Below, piece by piece: positions 1 through 12,330 of a stretch of DNA of 64,000 nt. The translations under genes were made by a program, and so were the position numbers. Position 1 is the first letter of the stretch; every line of letters starts with the position of its first letter. This DNA comes from Lama guanicoe (lineage: Eukaryota), in NCBI GenBank assembly GCA_013239625.1, contig MU054323.1:2356001-2420000 (forward strand), given 5' to 3'. Below the pieces are notes generated by a model. That model did no database searches. It saw nothing but the letters and a program-made list of their open reading frames with translations, and was not told the DNA's origin.

Positions 1-987
1 TGTCAAAACAGTTAGCACTTTTCATAAAAATCATGTATTACATGTTTCTCTTCCATCTGACTATGAGCTTCCCAAGTGAAAAATCCATTTCTCTTAGCAC
101 AAGTTTGGGGAATGGTTTATACTCAGTAAAAAGGTACTGAACTGTGGGTGGAATGTCAAGGCAGGCAAAATTATGGGATCTAGGCAGTCAGGGAACAGGA
201 CAAAGCAGCACTTGTGAACCAAAAGCCCTCCCAAATGACATAAGCAAGGGTGCATGTACCATCCTGGAGGGGTTAGAAGTGTTATGAGATAGCACATGTA
301 GGTGTAAATTTTTCTGTCACTGATTATATGATCTGTCCTTTCTTCTGCCCCTAAGGATACAGCAAGAGGAAGCAGAATTGCTTTAACCAAATGGAAGGGA
401 TTTCCTTATGGTGAGGTTGGGTGGGTAGTGCAGTGGCTTTAGGAGAGCACTTTTGACAAGACCCTGTGCATCTATGAGAGTCAAATGTGGAGTGACCAGG
501 GAAATAAATGGTAAATTGACTTGTCATGGTGCCTAAAATATAATCAGTTTTGTTTGTAGTTTCTTGCTGCACTCCCCACTCTGTGGAGTAAGCTGGACTG
601 TCTCACATAGGAGTTACATTGTCATGATGACCTAGGGATTTTAAGCAGAACCCACAGAAGTCAGCTCTGATGGAGTGGATAAAGCACTGGTCCAGGAAAC
701 AGAAGTCCACCAAAATCCTAGGTCTGAGATTTACTGTGCCCTTAGGAAATTAGTTACCATCTCTTCGCCTTCAGTTCTTCTTCTCTGAAACGGAGATAAT
801 ACCAAATTTAAAGAACTCTTCTAAGTATTGAATGCAAAATAGGAGTGAAAGCATCTGTCAAATAATGTGCACTCAAATATGCGTGGATGCTTTAGAGCTT
901 TTGTTACCAAGTTAGTTGATATAATAGAAGATTTTAAAAAATCATCTTATTATACAGTATATTTTTGATGTTATGGTAGGGAAATAT

Positions 988-2003
988 GTTTTTTTTTCTT
1001 TTCAGGTTTATTGAGATATAATTGACACCTAGCACTGTATAAGATTAAAGTGTATGTATAATTATTTGACTTACATATATCCTGAAATGATTATCACAAT
1101 AAGTTTAGTGAACATCCATCATCTCATAGAGATAAAAAAAAAGAAAAATAAAACTTTTTCATGATGGGAACTCTTAGGTTTTACTCTCTTAACTCATATA
1201 TAACCTGCAGAAGTGTTAATTATATTTATCAAGCTGTACATTACATCTCTAGTATTTATTTATCTTATAACTGAAAGTTTGTACCTTTTGACTACCTTCA
1301 ACCCTCCTCCCACCCCCTGCCTCTGGTAACCTCAAATATGATCTATTTTTCTATGAGTTTATTTGTTTGTTTGTTTGTTTGTTTTTGAACTATAATTGAC
1401 CTTTAACATTATGTTGGTTCCTTGTGCATAAGATAGTGACTCAATATTTCTGTTACAAAATGATCACCACAATAAGTCTAGTTACCATCTGTCATAGTAC
1501 AAAGGTATTTACATTATTATTATTATATTCCCCATTCTATGCATTTCATAACAGGACTCACTTATTTTGTAACTAAAACTTTCTACCTTTTAAACTCTCT
1601 CACTTGTTTGTCTCCTTCCCACACTCTCTCCCTTTCAGAAACCATCTGTTCTCTGTATCTATGACTCTGTGTCTGTTTTGTTATGTTTGTTCATTTGTTT
1701 TGTTTTTTAGATTCCACATATAAGTGAAATCATATGGTATTTGTCTTTCTCTGTCTGACTTATTTCATTTAGCATAATACCTCTAGGTCCATGTTGTTAC
1801 ATGTTTGCAAATGGCAAGATTTTATTCTTTTTTAATGGATAAGTAATATTCCATTGTATTTACATACCATATCTTCTTTATCCATTCTTCTATCAATGGA
1901 CACTTGAGTTGCTTTTATATCTTGGCTATTGTAAATAATGCTGCAATGAACTTTTCAAATTAGTGCTTTCATTTTGTTCAGATAAATGCAGAAGTAGAAT
2001 TGC
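988..2003 (-). mobile_element. LINE-1 3' end (3' UTR plus end of ORF2), non-inverted part of a 5'-inverted insertion
   Basis: T-tract at ~988-1002 (poly-A on minus) then typical antisense L1 3' text: 'tttattgagatataattgac', 'ttagattccacatataagtgaaatcatatggtatttgtctttctctgtctgacttatttca', 'ttggctattgtaaataatgctgcaatgaac'. Confidence 0.92.
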
Positions 2004-2056
2004 AAAAATTGGAAAAAATTGGAAAAATTGGAAAAAATTGGAAAAATTGGAAAAAA
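2004..2056. repeat. Tandem (A5-6)TTGG x5 at the L1 inversion junction
   Basis: aaaaattgg aaaaaattgg aaaaattgg aaaaaattgg aaaaattgg aaaaaa read directly. Confidence 0.95.
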
Positions 2057-2769
2057 CATTAACACATGGAGGCTAAACAATATGCTACTACATAACCAAT
2101 GGGTCATTGAAGAAATCAAAGAGTAAATTGAAAAATGCCTGAAGACAAATGAAAACAAAAGCACAATGATCCGAAATCTATAGGAAACAGCAAAAGCAGT
2201 TCTAATAGGGGCGTGTATAGCCATACAAGCCTACCTCAGGAAACAAGAAAAATCTCAAACAGCCATTCTTATACCTAAAGGAACTAGAATAAGAAGAACA
2301 AACAAAATACAAAGTAAGTAGAAGGAAATAATCAGAACAGAATGAATGAAATAGAAACTTAAAAAGAGAGAGAGAGAGAAAAATCAATGAACCTAAAAGC
2401 TGATTCTTTGAAAAGATAAACAAAATTGATAAGCCTTTTGCCAGTTGTATCATAAAAAAAAAAAAGGAGAGGGCCCAAATCAATAAAATGAAAAATGAAG
2501 GAGACTGATACCACAGAAATACAGAGGATCATAAGAGATTACTACAAACAATTATATGCCAATAAAACTAGCAACCTAGAAGAAATGGACCAATTCACTC
2601 CCAACAAACAAAGTTCAGGAGCAGATGGCCTCATAGGTGAATTTAACCAAACATTTAAAGAAGAGTTAACACCTATCCTTCTAAAATATTCCCAAAAATT
2701 GAAGAAGGAAAACTTCTGAACTCATTCTATGAGGCCAGCTTCATCTTGATATCAAAACCAGACAGAGAC

Positions 2770-2843
2770 CACACACACACACACACACACACACAAAAGA
2801 AAGAAAGAAAGAAAAAAAGAAAAAGAAAAAAGAAAAAGAAAAT
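2770..2843. repeat. (CA)n microsatellite followed by A-rich (GAAA/GAAAAA)n tract
   Basis: Read directly; lies inside the L1. Confidence 0.9.
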
Positions 2844-4192
2844 AACAAGCCAGTATCACTGAATGAATGTAGATGTAAAAATCCTCAACAGAATATTAGC
2901 AAACCAAATTCAATATTACACTAAAAGGGTTATACACCATGATCAAGTGGAATTTATCTCAGGGATGCAAGGATGGTTCAATATCCAAAATCAATCAATA
3001 TGATATACCACATTAACAAAATGAAGAATAAAAATCATATGAGCATCTCAACAAATGCTGAAAAAGCTTTCAACAAAATTCAACATCCATTTATGACAAC
3101 GATTCTTAACAAAGTTCATTTAGAGGGAACATACCTCAACATAACAATGTAATATCTGAAAAGTCCACAGATAAAACCCTACTCAATAGTAAAAAAACTG
3201 GAAGTATTTCCTCTAAGATCAGAAACAAGTCAAGAATGCCTATTCTTACAGTTTATTCAATATAGTATTGGCAGTACTAGCCACAGCAATCAGACAAGAA
3301 AAAGAAATCCAAATTGGAAAAGAAGTAAAACTGTCATCTGTTTGCAGATGATTTGATACAATATATAGGAAATCCTAAAAACACCACAAGAAACTATTAG
3401 AACGCATCAGTTACTTCAGTAAAGTTGCAAGATACACAATTAACTTACAGAAATCTATTTTGTTTCTATACACTAACAACAAACTATCCAAGACAAAAGT
3501 TTAAGGAAAAAAATCTCATTTAAAATTGCATCAAAATGAATAAAATACCTAGGAGTAAATCTAACTAAAGAGGTAAAACCTGTGCTGATGAAACTATAGA
3601 CAATGATGAAATAAATTGAAGACAACACAAACAAATGAAAATATATACCATACTAATGGATTGGAAGAATTAATATTTTTAAAGTTAATTTTAACACACT
3701 TTAATTGAGCATACTTGCCAAGACAATTGCAATTCCTAGCAAAATGCCAATGGCATTTTTCACAGAACTAGAACAAATAATTCTAAAATTTGAATGGAAA
3801 CGCCAAAGACCTTGATTAGCCAAAATAATCTTGAGATATTATACTCTCTGACTTCAAATTGTGCTACAAAGCTACAGTAATCAAAACAATGTGGTACTGA
3901 CACAAAAACAGACACATAGATCAATGGAAAAGAGTAGAGAGCCAGAAATGAACTCGTACCTATATGGGCAATTAATCTGTGGCAAAGAAGGCAAGAATAT
4001 AAAAGGAGAAAAAGACAGCCTGTTCAATAGGTGATGTTGGGAAAACTGGACAGCTACATGCAAAAAATTCAAACTGGGCTACTTTTCACAACATATACAA
4101 AAATAGACTCAAATGGATTAAAGACTTAAATGTAAACCTGAAACATAAAACTCTTAAAATAAAACATGGGCAGTACACTCTTTGACATGTAT

Positions 4193-4195
<3 letters not shown>

Positions 4196-4223
<28 letters not shown>
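4196..4223. repeat. (AC)n microsatellite
   Basis: Read directly. Confidence 0.95.
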
Positions 4224-4226
<3 letters not shown>

Positions 4227-5377
4227 TATTTCTCCTCAGGCAAGGGAAACAAGAGCAAAAGTAAATAAATGGGAATACATCAAACTATAATGGTTTTGTC
4301 TATCAAGGGAAACAATCAACAAAAAAGTTAGCTCACTGAATAGGACAATATATTCACAAATAATATATCTGATAAGGGGTTAATATCTTAAATATACAAA
4401 GAACTCATACAACTCAACACCAAAAAAAAAAAAAACCCAAAAAACAAACATTGCAATCTAAAAATGTGTAGAGGACTTGAATAGACATTTTTCCAAGGAA
4501 GACATGCAAGTTGCCAACAGGCACATGGAAAGATGCTCAACATCACTAATCATCAGGAAAATTCAAATTAATATCACAATGAAATATCACCTCAAACCAT
4601 CAGAATGGCTATTATCAAAAAGGCAACAAATACCAAGTGTTAGTGAGGATGTAGAGAAAAAGGAACCCTTGTGCACTATTTATGGGAATGTAAACTGGTA
4701 CAGCCACTCTGGCAAACAGTATGGGGTTTCTCACAAAATTAAAAATAAAACTGCCTTAAGATCCAGCAATGTTACTTCAGTCATTTGCAGAGTCATTAGA
4801 TCAAGAATGACTTTAGTTGTCCACCTGGAATATAACAGTGAAAAAAATTCTAAAAACCTCAGTGTATATTTATTAATAAGTACCTTCATGCTACTTTTAT
4901 TTTTTTATTCCATTTATTTGTACAAACTACAATGTCATTTGTACCCTTGAGACTAGGAACAACATGAAGTCAAATCTGTTCAAAGAAACACAACACAGTT
5001 AACTATCCGAACAAGACCATCTATGTATAAGCCCTGCAAGATTTCATGGACAACATGTCAGCCAGGCACTTAAAAGACAATAATTAAGTCACTAAGTACA
5101 ACCCAAAGGTTTTGGTTTAACAAGGGAGTGAGGATGGGAAGGTTGGAGTAAGAGAGCTAAAATTCTCATCTAGTTTAACAAGAAAATGAGAGACAATGTT
5201 TAGACAAGTGAGTCAAGAGACCAATTATACATATGTTGTTAAACATATGTGGTAAATGCCTAAAGGAAGAGTTCTAAATTTTTAATGCTATTAAATACCT
5301 GCTGTATCCCAGACATGTTAATATATGATGTTTAGTCTAATCCTTTAATCATATGAGGTTGGTGATATTGTCTCCAA

Positions 5378-6640
5378 TTTTAGTTTTATTGAGATATAAG
5401 TAACATGCAAGAAATTGCACACATTTAATGTATGCATCTTGATGAATTTGGACATATGCATACACCTGTGATACTATCACCACAGCCAAGGTACTAAACA
5501 TATCTATCACCTCTAAAACTTTATTTGTGTTCTTTTGTATTGTTATTGTTGTTTCTGTTGTTTTGGTAAGACACTTAACATGAGATCTATCCTTTTAACA
5601 TATTTTAAAGTGCACAATGTCATATTATTAACTATAGGCACTGTGTTGTACTGCAGATCTCTAGAACTTACTCATTTTGCATAACAGAAATTTATACACA
5701 TTGAAAAACAATTCCCCATTTCCCCTTCTATCCAGCCCCTGGCAAACGCTATTCTCTGCTTCTATGAGTTTGACTGTTTTAGATATCTCATATAAGTGGA
5801 ATCACGCTGTATTTGTCCTTTTGTGACTGGCTTATTTTACTTAGCATAATTTCTTAATTCATGTTGTCACAAATGGCAGGACTTTCTTTTTTAAATCTTT
5901 TCTTTCCATTATATGTATATAACACATTTTCTTTATCCATGTATCTGTCAGTGGATATTTGGGTTGTTTCCATATCTTGGCTCTTGTGAATAATGCTGCA
6001 ATGAAAGAAAGTGCAGAAATCTCTTGGAGAGCTTGATTTCATTTCTTTTGGGTATAAATCCAGAAGTAGGATTACTGGATCATATGGTAGTTTTGCTTTA
6101 TTTTTTCAATTTTGAAGAACATCTATATTGTTTTCCATAGTAGCTGCACCTTTCAACATTCCCACCAACAGTGTATTAAGATTCTATTTTTTTTAATCCA
6201 CACTGATACTTACCTTTTGTCTTATAATAGTAGTCATCGTAACCAGTGTGAGGTGATGTTTTGTGTTTTGATTTGAACATCCCTGATGGTTAGTGACATT
6301 GAGAACCTTTTCATATACCTTTGGCTATTGGTATGTTTTCTTTGGAGCAATTTCTATTCAAGTCCTTTGCCTAATTTTAGTTTTTTTGTTGTTGTTGTTC
6401 TGCTATTGATTTGTAAGATAGTCTTACATATTTTAGATATTAACTCCTTATTAGATCATTTGTTTGCAAATATGTTTTCTCATTCCATGGGAAGCCTTTT
6501 CATTCTGTTGATTGTTTCCTTTGCTGTGCAGAAGTTTTATAGTTTTATGTAGTCCCACTTATCTATTTTGGTTTTGTTGCCTGTGCTTTTGATGTCAAAT
6601 TCAGTGTATCATTGTCAAGGACAATGTCAAGTTTCCCCCT
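5378..6640 (-). mobile_element. Older LINE-1 3' fragment (L1MA/L1MB-like)
   Basis: 'ttttattgagatataag', 'cagatctctagaacttactcattttgcataac', 'cattcccaccaacagtgta', 'tttccttt gctgtgcagaagttttatagttt' are antisense L1 3' UTR/ORF2 motifs. Confidence 0.9.
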
Positions 6641-6968
6641 TATGGTTTCATTTGCATGCTAAATATAAAGAAATTCATCCATCAAATAATGAATTATGAA
6701 TTTAACTGAGGTGTGCTTGAAGATTCAGCTGATGCCTTCTGAAAGTAAACTGAATACAGTTGAGAGAAACAGATCAAGGCAGTAATGCATCCATTAACAA
6801 AGAAAGCAGTGATCATATGGCCAGCTCAGAGTGTCCTGGAACCCAGCAGCTTCAGATTCCGTGCTCTTAAGTCCTATGCTATACCTTCTCCTCTCTCTTC
6901 CAGAAGAAAGAGCAGGCCCTGTGATTCCCATATATATTGAGAGTGTTGTTACTGCTATTTAATGTATC

Positions 6969-7095
6969 ATGGAATTGACCATATAAGCATTTCCATAATT
7001 GTCATTGCTCCTAGAAACCTTTTAAGCCATTTTCTTACACTCAGTCATTACCTTTCTTACGAATGTAAAGCTTTTACTCCTACCGCTGCTTTCAC
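6969..7095 (+). repeat. Old direct duplication, copy 1 (partner 8012-8137)
   Basis: 'atataagcatttccataattgtcattgctc...ccttttaagccattttcttacactcagtcattacctt' aligns with 'atataagcatttttccatagttatcattgctc...ccttttaagtcattttctcacattcagccgttacctt'. Confidence 0.85.
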
Positions 7096-7699
7096 TTTGC
7101 TGTAAGAAACCCTGGCTCTGCCATTTGTAAAGCATATATAGAAAGTGTAAAAGTTGTTATGTTAGGGAGAGATGCATTTATTTCTTCATCTAGCATCTGA
7201 AAAATAATGTGTTAACATAAAAGCAAAGAAGGAACCTATGTGACTGCTAAGGTGTACTAACCAGAAGAACCATTGTTAGTTTAGAGTCATTTATTCATTG
7301 ATTTATTCATTCATGTAGTGCTGTTACTTTTGAATGCCTGATATGAGCCCAGCACGGTTCCAGGCATGGGAAATTCAGCCAGGAATAAAATAAAGTCCCC
7401 ACCCTCTTAGAGTTTGCTAGACATAGGATCTGATGTAGCTCTTCTTTGTGTTTTACACTCTTTTGTAGGAGGCAGTAGAGATTAGAGGAGAGTGGGGCAT
7501 ACAAACAATAAATGGCTGTTGGAGCCCAACCAAGGAGCCGTGGTAGTTGTTTCCAAACATATGCAGGGAGCCCAAAGCTCAGCATTTCGTGAGGTCACCT
7601 TAGGGGCCTAAATGCCTGGATGTTTTAGCAGTCTGAGAACATCTCTGATGAATACATTAACTGGCTGTTATTCCTCTATGTTCTTATTTGAAAGCCAAT

Positions 7700-7915
7700 G
7701 TGGCATAGTAGTAGATTTCGGTGTCCAAAATTTTGGATTTGAAATTCATCTCTTCTTAGTACCCTGAGGCAGATTTTCTCAGTTTTCTCATGTAAAAGTG
7801 ATAATAATATATAACTTTTACATTTGTTGTGGAGACTTAAAGTATATGAATCATAGAGCCCAGGGTCTAGGCCATAATAAATATAACATAAATGGTAGGT
7901 AATAAGCTTAGACTG
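7700..7915 (+). mobile_element. MIR SINE
   Basis: 'ctcagttttctcatgtaaaagtgataataatat...ttgttgtggagacttaaa' resembles the MIR core. Confidence 0.65.
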
Positions 7916-8011
7916 GGATATTAACAATACTAATAATGATAATAACAACCCTACACTGCTGTCACAATTCACTTCCATAAAGAGAATGTTATCCTTTGTC
8001 TTTGCTTTTAT

Positions 8012-8137
8012 ATGGACTTGAATATATAAGCATTTTTCCATAGTTATCATTGCTCTTAACCTTTTAAGTCATTTTCTCACATTCAGCCGTTACCTTACTT
8101 ATGAATTTAAAACTATTACTCCAACCTCTGTCTTCAC
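8012..8137 (+). repeat. Old direct duplication, copy 2
   Basis: Aligns to 6969-7095 at roughly 80% by eye. Confidence 0.85.
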
Positions 8138-8730
8138 CAACTAATCTCTTGATCTGAGGGCTTGACATGAAATGAAAAAGCTGCAATGCTTCTTCTAGTC
8201 TTCATTTCTGCAGACTAAACATGTCCAAGTTGTCTGATTTCTTTTAACCATAAGAAATAATAGGTATATACATGGTAGAGTTTTTGAATTTTACAGTTTG
8301 AGGGGACTTTAAACCCAAGGCCATGCAGCTACTCAGTAGCTGAAGTTGGTCTAGAACCCCGGTCTCCAGATTCCTACTGAGAGCTAAACAATAAAATGCA
8401 TGTGATAGTAATAAGTAGAAAATAAAAATATAAATGAGTGGATGTAAACATGTAGGCTTTGATTTGGGGCCAATTTTGGTCCATCACAGTCCGATTCCCT
8501 GACAAGTTCATGTTAGTGCAAGATCCTTACATATGCCTAATGAGGACTTACAAGCATCACCTTGCTATGGAGAGAGAACTTCTCCTTGAAGGTATTTCAG
8601 ATACTCTCCCCTGCCCCTCAACTTCCAGAAGGTTCATGCACGCTTCAGTGAAATGCAACTCAAAGTGCCCTTTTCTCAGAGGAGGGTCAGTCCTACAACC
8701 ATGAGAGCTCATGCAACAAACCTGTATGAC

Positions 8731-9257
8731 TTTTCCATTCCTTAATAGCATACATGCCTTACAATTAGTGGAAATTTCTTTCAGATTTTGACATTTTTGT
8801 CAATGTCTCTACATCTTTAATATTGTACATGTCTTTGCAGTATTTTGTTAGAAAGTCAGGAAAAAAAAAAAACATCGAAAAAAAAAACAGCAACAGGAGT
8901 TTCTCACCAAACACTATATATTAAACCATGAGGCATCTTATTTAATCCTGAAGACAACTCTGCAAGATTTTCACCATAAAATCCAATTTAATCAGTGAGG
9001 AAACTGAGAAGCAGAACTGCTAAATTAATCATCCAAGATTGGTCAAATGATTCCAGAGATTAACTTAGCAAATGCTGGTGTTTATCTGACAGCTAAGTCT
9101 ATGTTTTCCTCTTTATCCCAAACTGCCTTGGGGAAGGGACTGCTAAGTACATCTCTAATATCTTACTTCTTCAATCTTTCTTAGTAGCAAAATTTCTATA
9201 TTATTGATTGTAGCAATGTGACCAGCTACAGGACATTTCCTAGGTTTTCATGCACCT
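8731..9257 (+). repeat. Left arm of long inverted repeat (partner 11059-11566)
   Basis: Reverse complement of 11059-11566; core identical apart from an A-tract indel. Confidence 0.97.
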
Positions 9258-9630
9258 AGAGGGTAGTCAGTCAGAAGTTGCTGGGTAGGTCTTGCAGAAA
9301 AGCTCTTTAAGGGGTGTAACTCAGCTGTGAGGTGTACTGTTTTGTTCACCCCCCCCTTCTTTCTTTTTTCTTCCTGAAACATGGATGTAACAGCAAGACT
9401 TCCAGCTACCATCATGTGATCTTGAGGATGGATGCCCTGTGTTAAGGACAGTGGAGCAGAAAGACAAAACGGACCTAAACCATTGATGATAGCATACATC
9501 CATCACACTCTCTCTGGACTGTCTCTCTCCTGATTTCTTTTACTCAAGAGAAAAGCAATCTCCCAACTGGCTTAAGACACTTTTATTTCACATCGTTTTT
9601 ATCAATGGTTAGATGCAATTTTTAGTTCAT
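9200..9630 (+). mobile_element. Old MaLR LTR (MLT1I/J/K-like)
   Basis: 'cagctaccatcatgtgatcttgaggatg...aaggacagtggagcagaaagaca...ctctggactgtct...tgatttctttactcaagagaaaa...gcttaagacact' follows the MLT1 layout. Confidence 0.65.
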
Positions 9631-11058
9631 GCAGTGTTCTCCATTGTAGAATATGTTATGATGGGAAGTGACAGACTTATTTTACCAGGCTGCATTTATG
9701 TAATAATTATTAAGAGCTCTTTGATTTAAAAGCAAAGAAAATTTATGTGGAATGCAGTGCTTGGCACATGGGACATGTTTTTAGAAAACCATGTTGAATA
9801 AGTGGAGTAGTAATATTTTACAGAAACAGATTTCCAAATGATAAGTTTCCATATGTAAAGAGGGCCCCACATGAGAACTACTGAGTCCTGACTGGTAAGT
9901 GCAGTGAAGAAACTTTGCTTGGATATGACCAAGATCCCTTGGCTAGAGGTGATGGTAACCCATACTCTTCTGTGTTAACCTCAGCTTTTCTGCAGCCTCG
10001 ATAGTCTTTATTTTTCCACTCGCCCAACTCCTGTTCTAGGAAAAGGAATACCTCTATGATGGAAATGTGTCAGCAATTTTCATACTGCTGAAATATTTTA
10101 GAAGCAGATCAATTCTAAGATAATATATCTTTTTTTTTCATTTTTGCTTTTTTAAGAATCATAAAACATTGATGATTATGGGCCTATGTTCACACAAAGC
10201 AAACTAACTCAGTAAGGTCGTTTCAGCTATTTGTTTCCAAATCAATAGGTAACTACTAGTAATGCCTCTGCCATGTGGTCGACAGCTCCATCTGAATGCC
10301 ACAGTAAATTTAACCCAGCTGACATGACCTCAGTGAGATAAAGCAGAGGCTGACATGGCATCACATGCTGGGAGTGGAGAGTCTTCTTAAAGACTTCAAA
10401 ACCAGAGCTCCATTCAACCTCTGGATAACAGGCATTCTCAGCAAAAGAGTATAGTTCAGCTCAGCTTGCCCAAAAGTAACCACTCTTATATTTGCCAGTC
10501 CTGTCATCTGTACGCCTCAAATCAATGTTAGATGCGTACCAGATCTCTGCATAGATGCAGGTGGAAAACAGACCTGTTTTTAGCCCAAGGAATCAACAGT
10601 ATGTTCCACTAAGGCCCAAAGCTCAGAGCACCTGAGTGATGAACATCAGGTAACACTTGGGACCTTAGGCTGGAAAGTGAAGAGGGAAGCGGAAAGTGAA
10701 GAGAAAGGAGGAGACATATCTCCTTGTGTTTCTACCTATAGACTTTTATTTTAAAGAGTTCTTCCCTGGATTCCCCCTCTACTCAAATTCAATCCATTGC
10801 AAAAAATATTATTGAAAAACACCGTTCTAGGTGTCATGGGTAGTATATAAAACTAAATCAGACACGGACTCTATTCATTCCTCAAGTATACCTTAAATCT
10901 TTTTTTCTACCCCAAGCCTAATGAGGTGTGAGTGCACACCACTAAACTGTGATTTCCTAGTACTGTATTTTGTTACAAAGTCAGAAAACAACAACAAAAA
11001 CAGCAACAGGAGTTTCTTACCAAACACACATCCTTGAGATCTCAAGATGGCAGCTGGA

Positions 11059-11566
11059 AGGTGCATGAGAACCTAGGAAATGTCCTGTAGCTGGTCACAT
11101 TGCTACGCTCAGTAATATAGAAATTTTGCTACTAAAAGATTGAAGAAGTAGGATATTAGAGATGTACTTAGCAGTCCCCTCCCCAAGGCAGTTTGGGATA
11201 AAGAGGAAAACATAGACTTAGCTGTCAGGTAAACACCAGCATTTGCTAAGTTAATCTCTGGAATCATTTGACCAATCTTGGATGATTAATTTAGCAGTTC
11301 TGCTTCTCAGTTTCCTCACTGATTAAATTGGATTTTATGGTGAAAATCTTGCAGAGTTGTCTTCAGGATTAAATAAGATGCCTCATGGTTTAATATATAG
11401 TGTTTGGTGAGAAACTCCTGTTGCTGTTTTTTTTTTCCTGACTTTCTAACAAAATACTGCAAAGACATGTACAATATTAAAGATGTAGAGACATTGACAA
11501 AAATGTCAAAATCTGAAAGAAATTTCCACTAATTGTAAGGCATTTATGATATTAAGGAATGAAAAA
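11059..11566 (-). repeat. Right arm of long inverted repeat
   Basis: Reverse complement of 8731-9257. Confidence 0.97.
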
Positions 11567-11779
11567 AGAAACCAAAAAATTTCAGTAGGCTTGTGAAAAG
11601 AAGACTACATGGAAAAAGATAGGAAGATACTTAATTCCACCATTTTTTTCTCCTGATGCAAGCATACAAGGTCTGTATCAACAGGAAGAAAACAGACATC
11701 GCTCTCCCATTCCAAGGCTGATGTCTGAAGCCATCAAAAGACACTCTTTGTCTACTTCTGCCAAATATCACATAACTTA

Positions 11780-12330
11780 CCTCTCAATATTTCTGTAAAC
11801 TTCACCTTCTTAGTAAGACCTACCCAAGATGCCTCAGCCTCACCACTCCCCATGTCCTTGCCTTACCTTGCTTTTTTCCCCATGGCATTCTTTATCATCT
11901 AGTATTTTACTTATTTGTCTATTTTTGGTCTCCTTCTGTTAGAACACAAATAAGTTCTTTGACAATTCAGATTTCTGTTCATTTTTCTTTGTGTTGTTCA
12001 ATATTGTATAACCAATGCCTAGGAGAGCGTGTGGCATATAATAGATGTTCAATAAACATTTAAAATTGAACTTTTGAACTCTGATGCACTCATTATATCT
12101 CTTTCCTGCCTCATTTTTTTCTTATAGCACTTACAGCCATCTCACTATCTATCTATCTGTCGGTCTGTCTGTCTATCTACCTACCTACCTTTTTAGCTTT
12201 TTGTCTCATTTTCCCCAGTAGAATATAATTTCCATGAAGATAAGGATTTTGTCCATCTTGCTTACTACTCTTTGCCCAGTACCTGTAACAGAGCCCAGCA
12301 TATTATAAATGTTTAATATGTATTTGTTGA
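11780..12330 (+). mobile_element. Two adjacent L2 3' end fragments
   Basis: 'ccaatgcctaggagagcgtgtggcatataatagatgttcaataaacattt' and 'cccagtacctgtaacagagcccagcatattataaatgtttaatatgtatttgttga' match the L2 terminus. Confidence 0.7.

Larger units (their letters stand above)
2004..4770 (+). mobile_element. LINE-1 ORF2 remnant with stops, frameshifts and deletions; inverted segment of the same insertion
   Basis: ORF 2495-2719 gives [27 protein letters not shown] and ORF 4477 gives [26 protein letters not shown], both recognisable L1 ORF2p; DNA motif 'catgatcaagtggaatttatctcagggatgcaaggatggttcaatat'. Confidence 0.95.

Noticed and set aside
4477..4950. 157-aa ORF
   Set aside because: Frameshifted L1 ORF2 C-terminal remnant running into flanking DNA; not a gene.
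8731..11566. Foldback/TIR DNA transposon interpretation of the inverted repeat
   Set aside because: No TSD or transposase, arms cut through an older LTR, and the junction is a patchwork of local copies.
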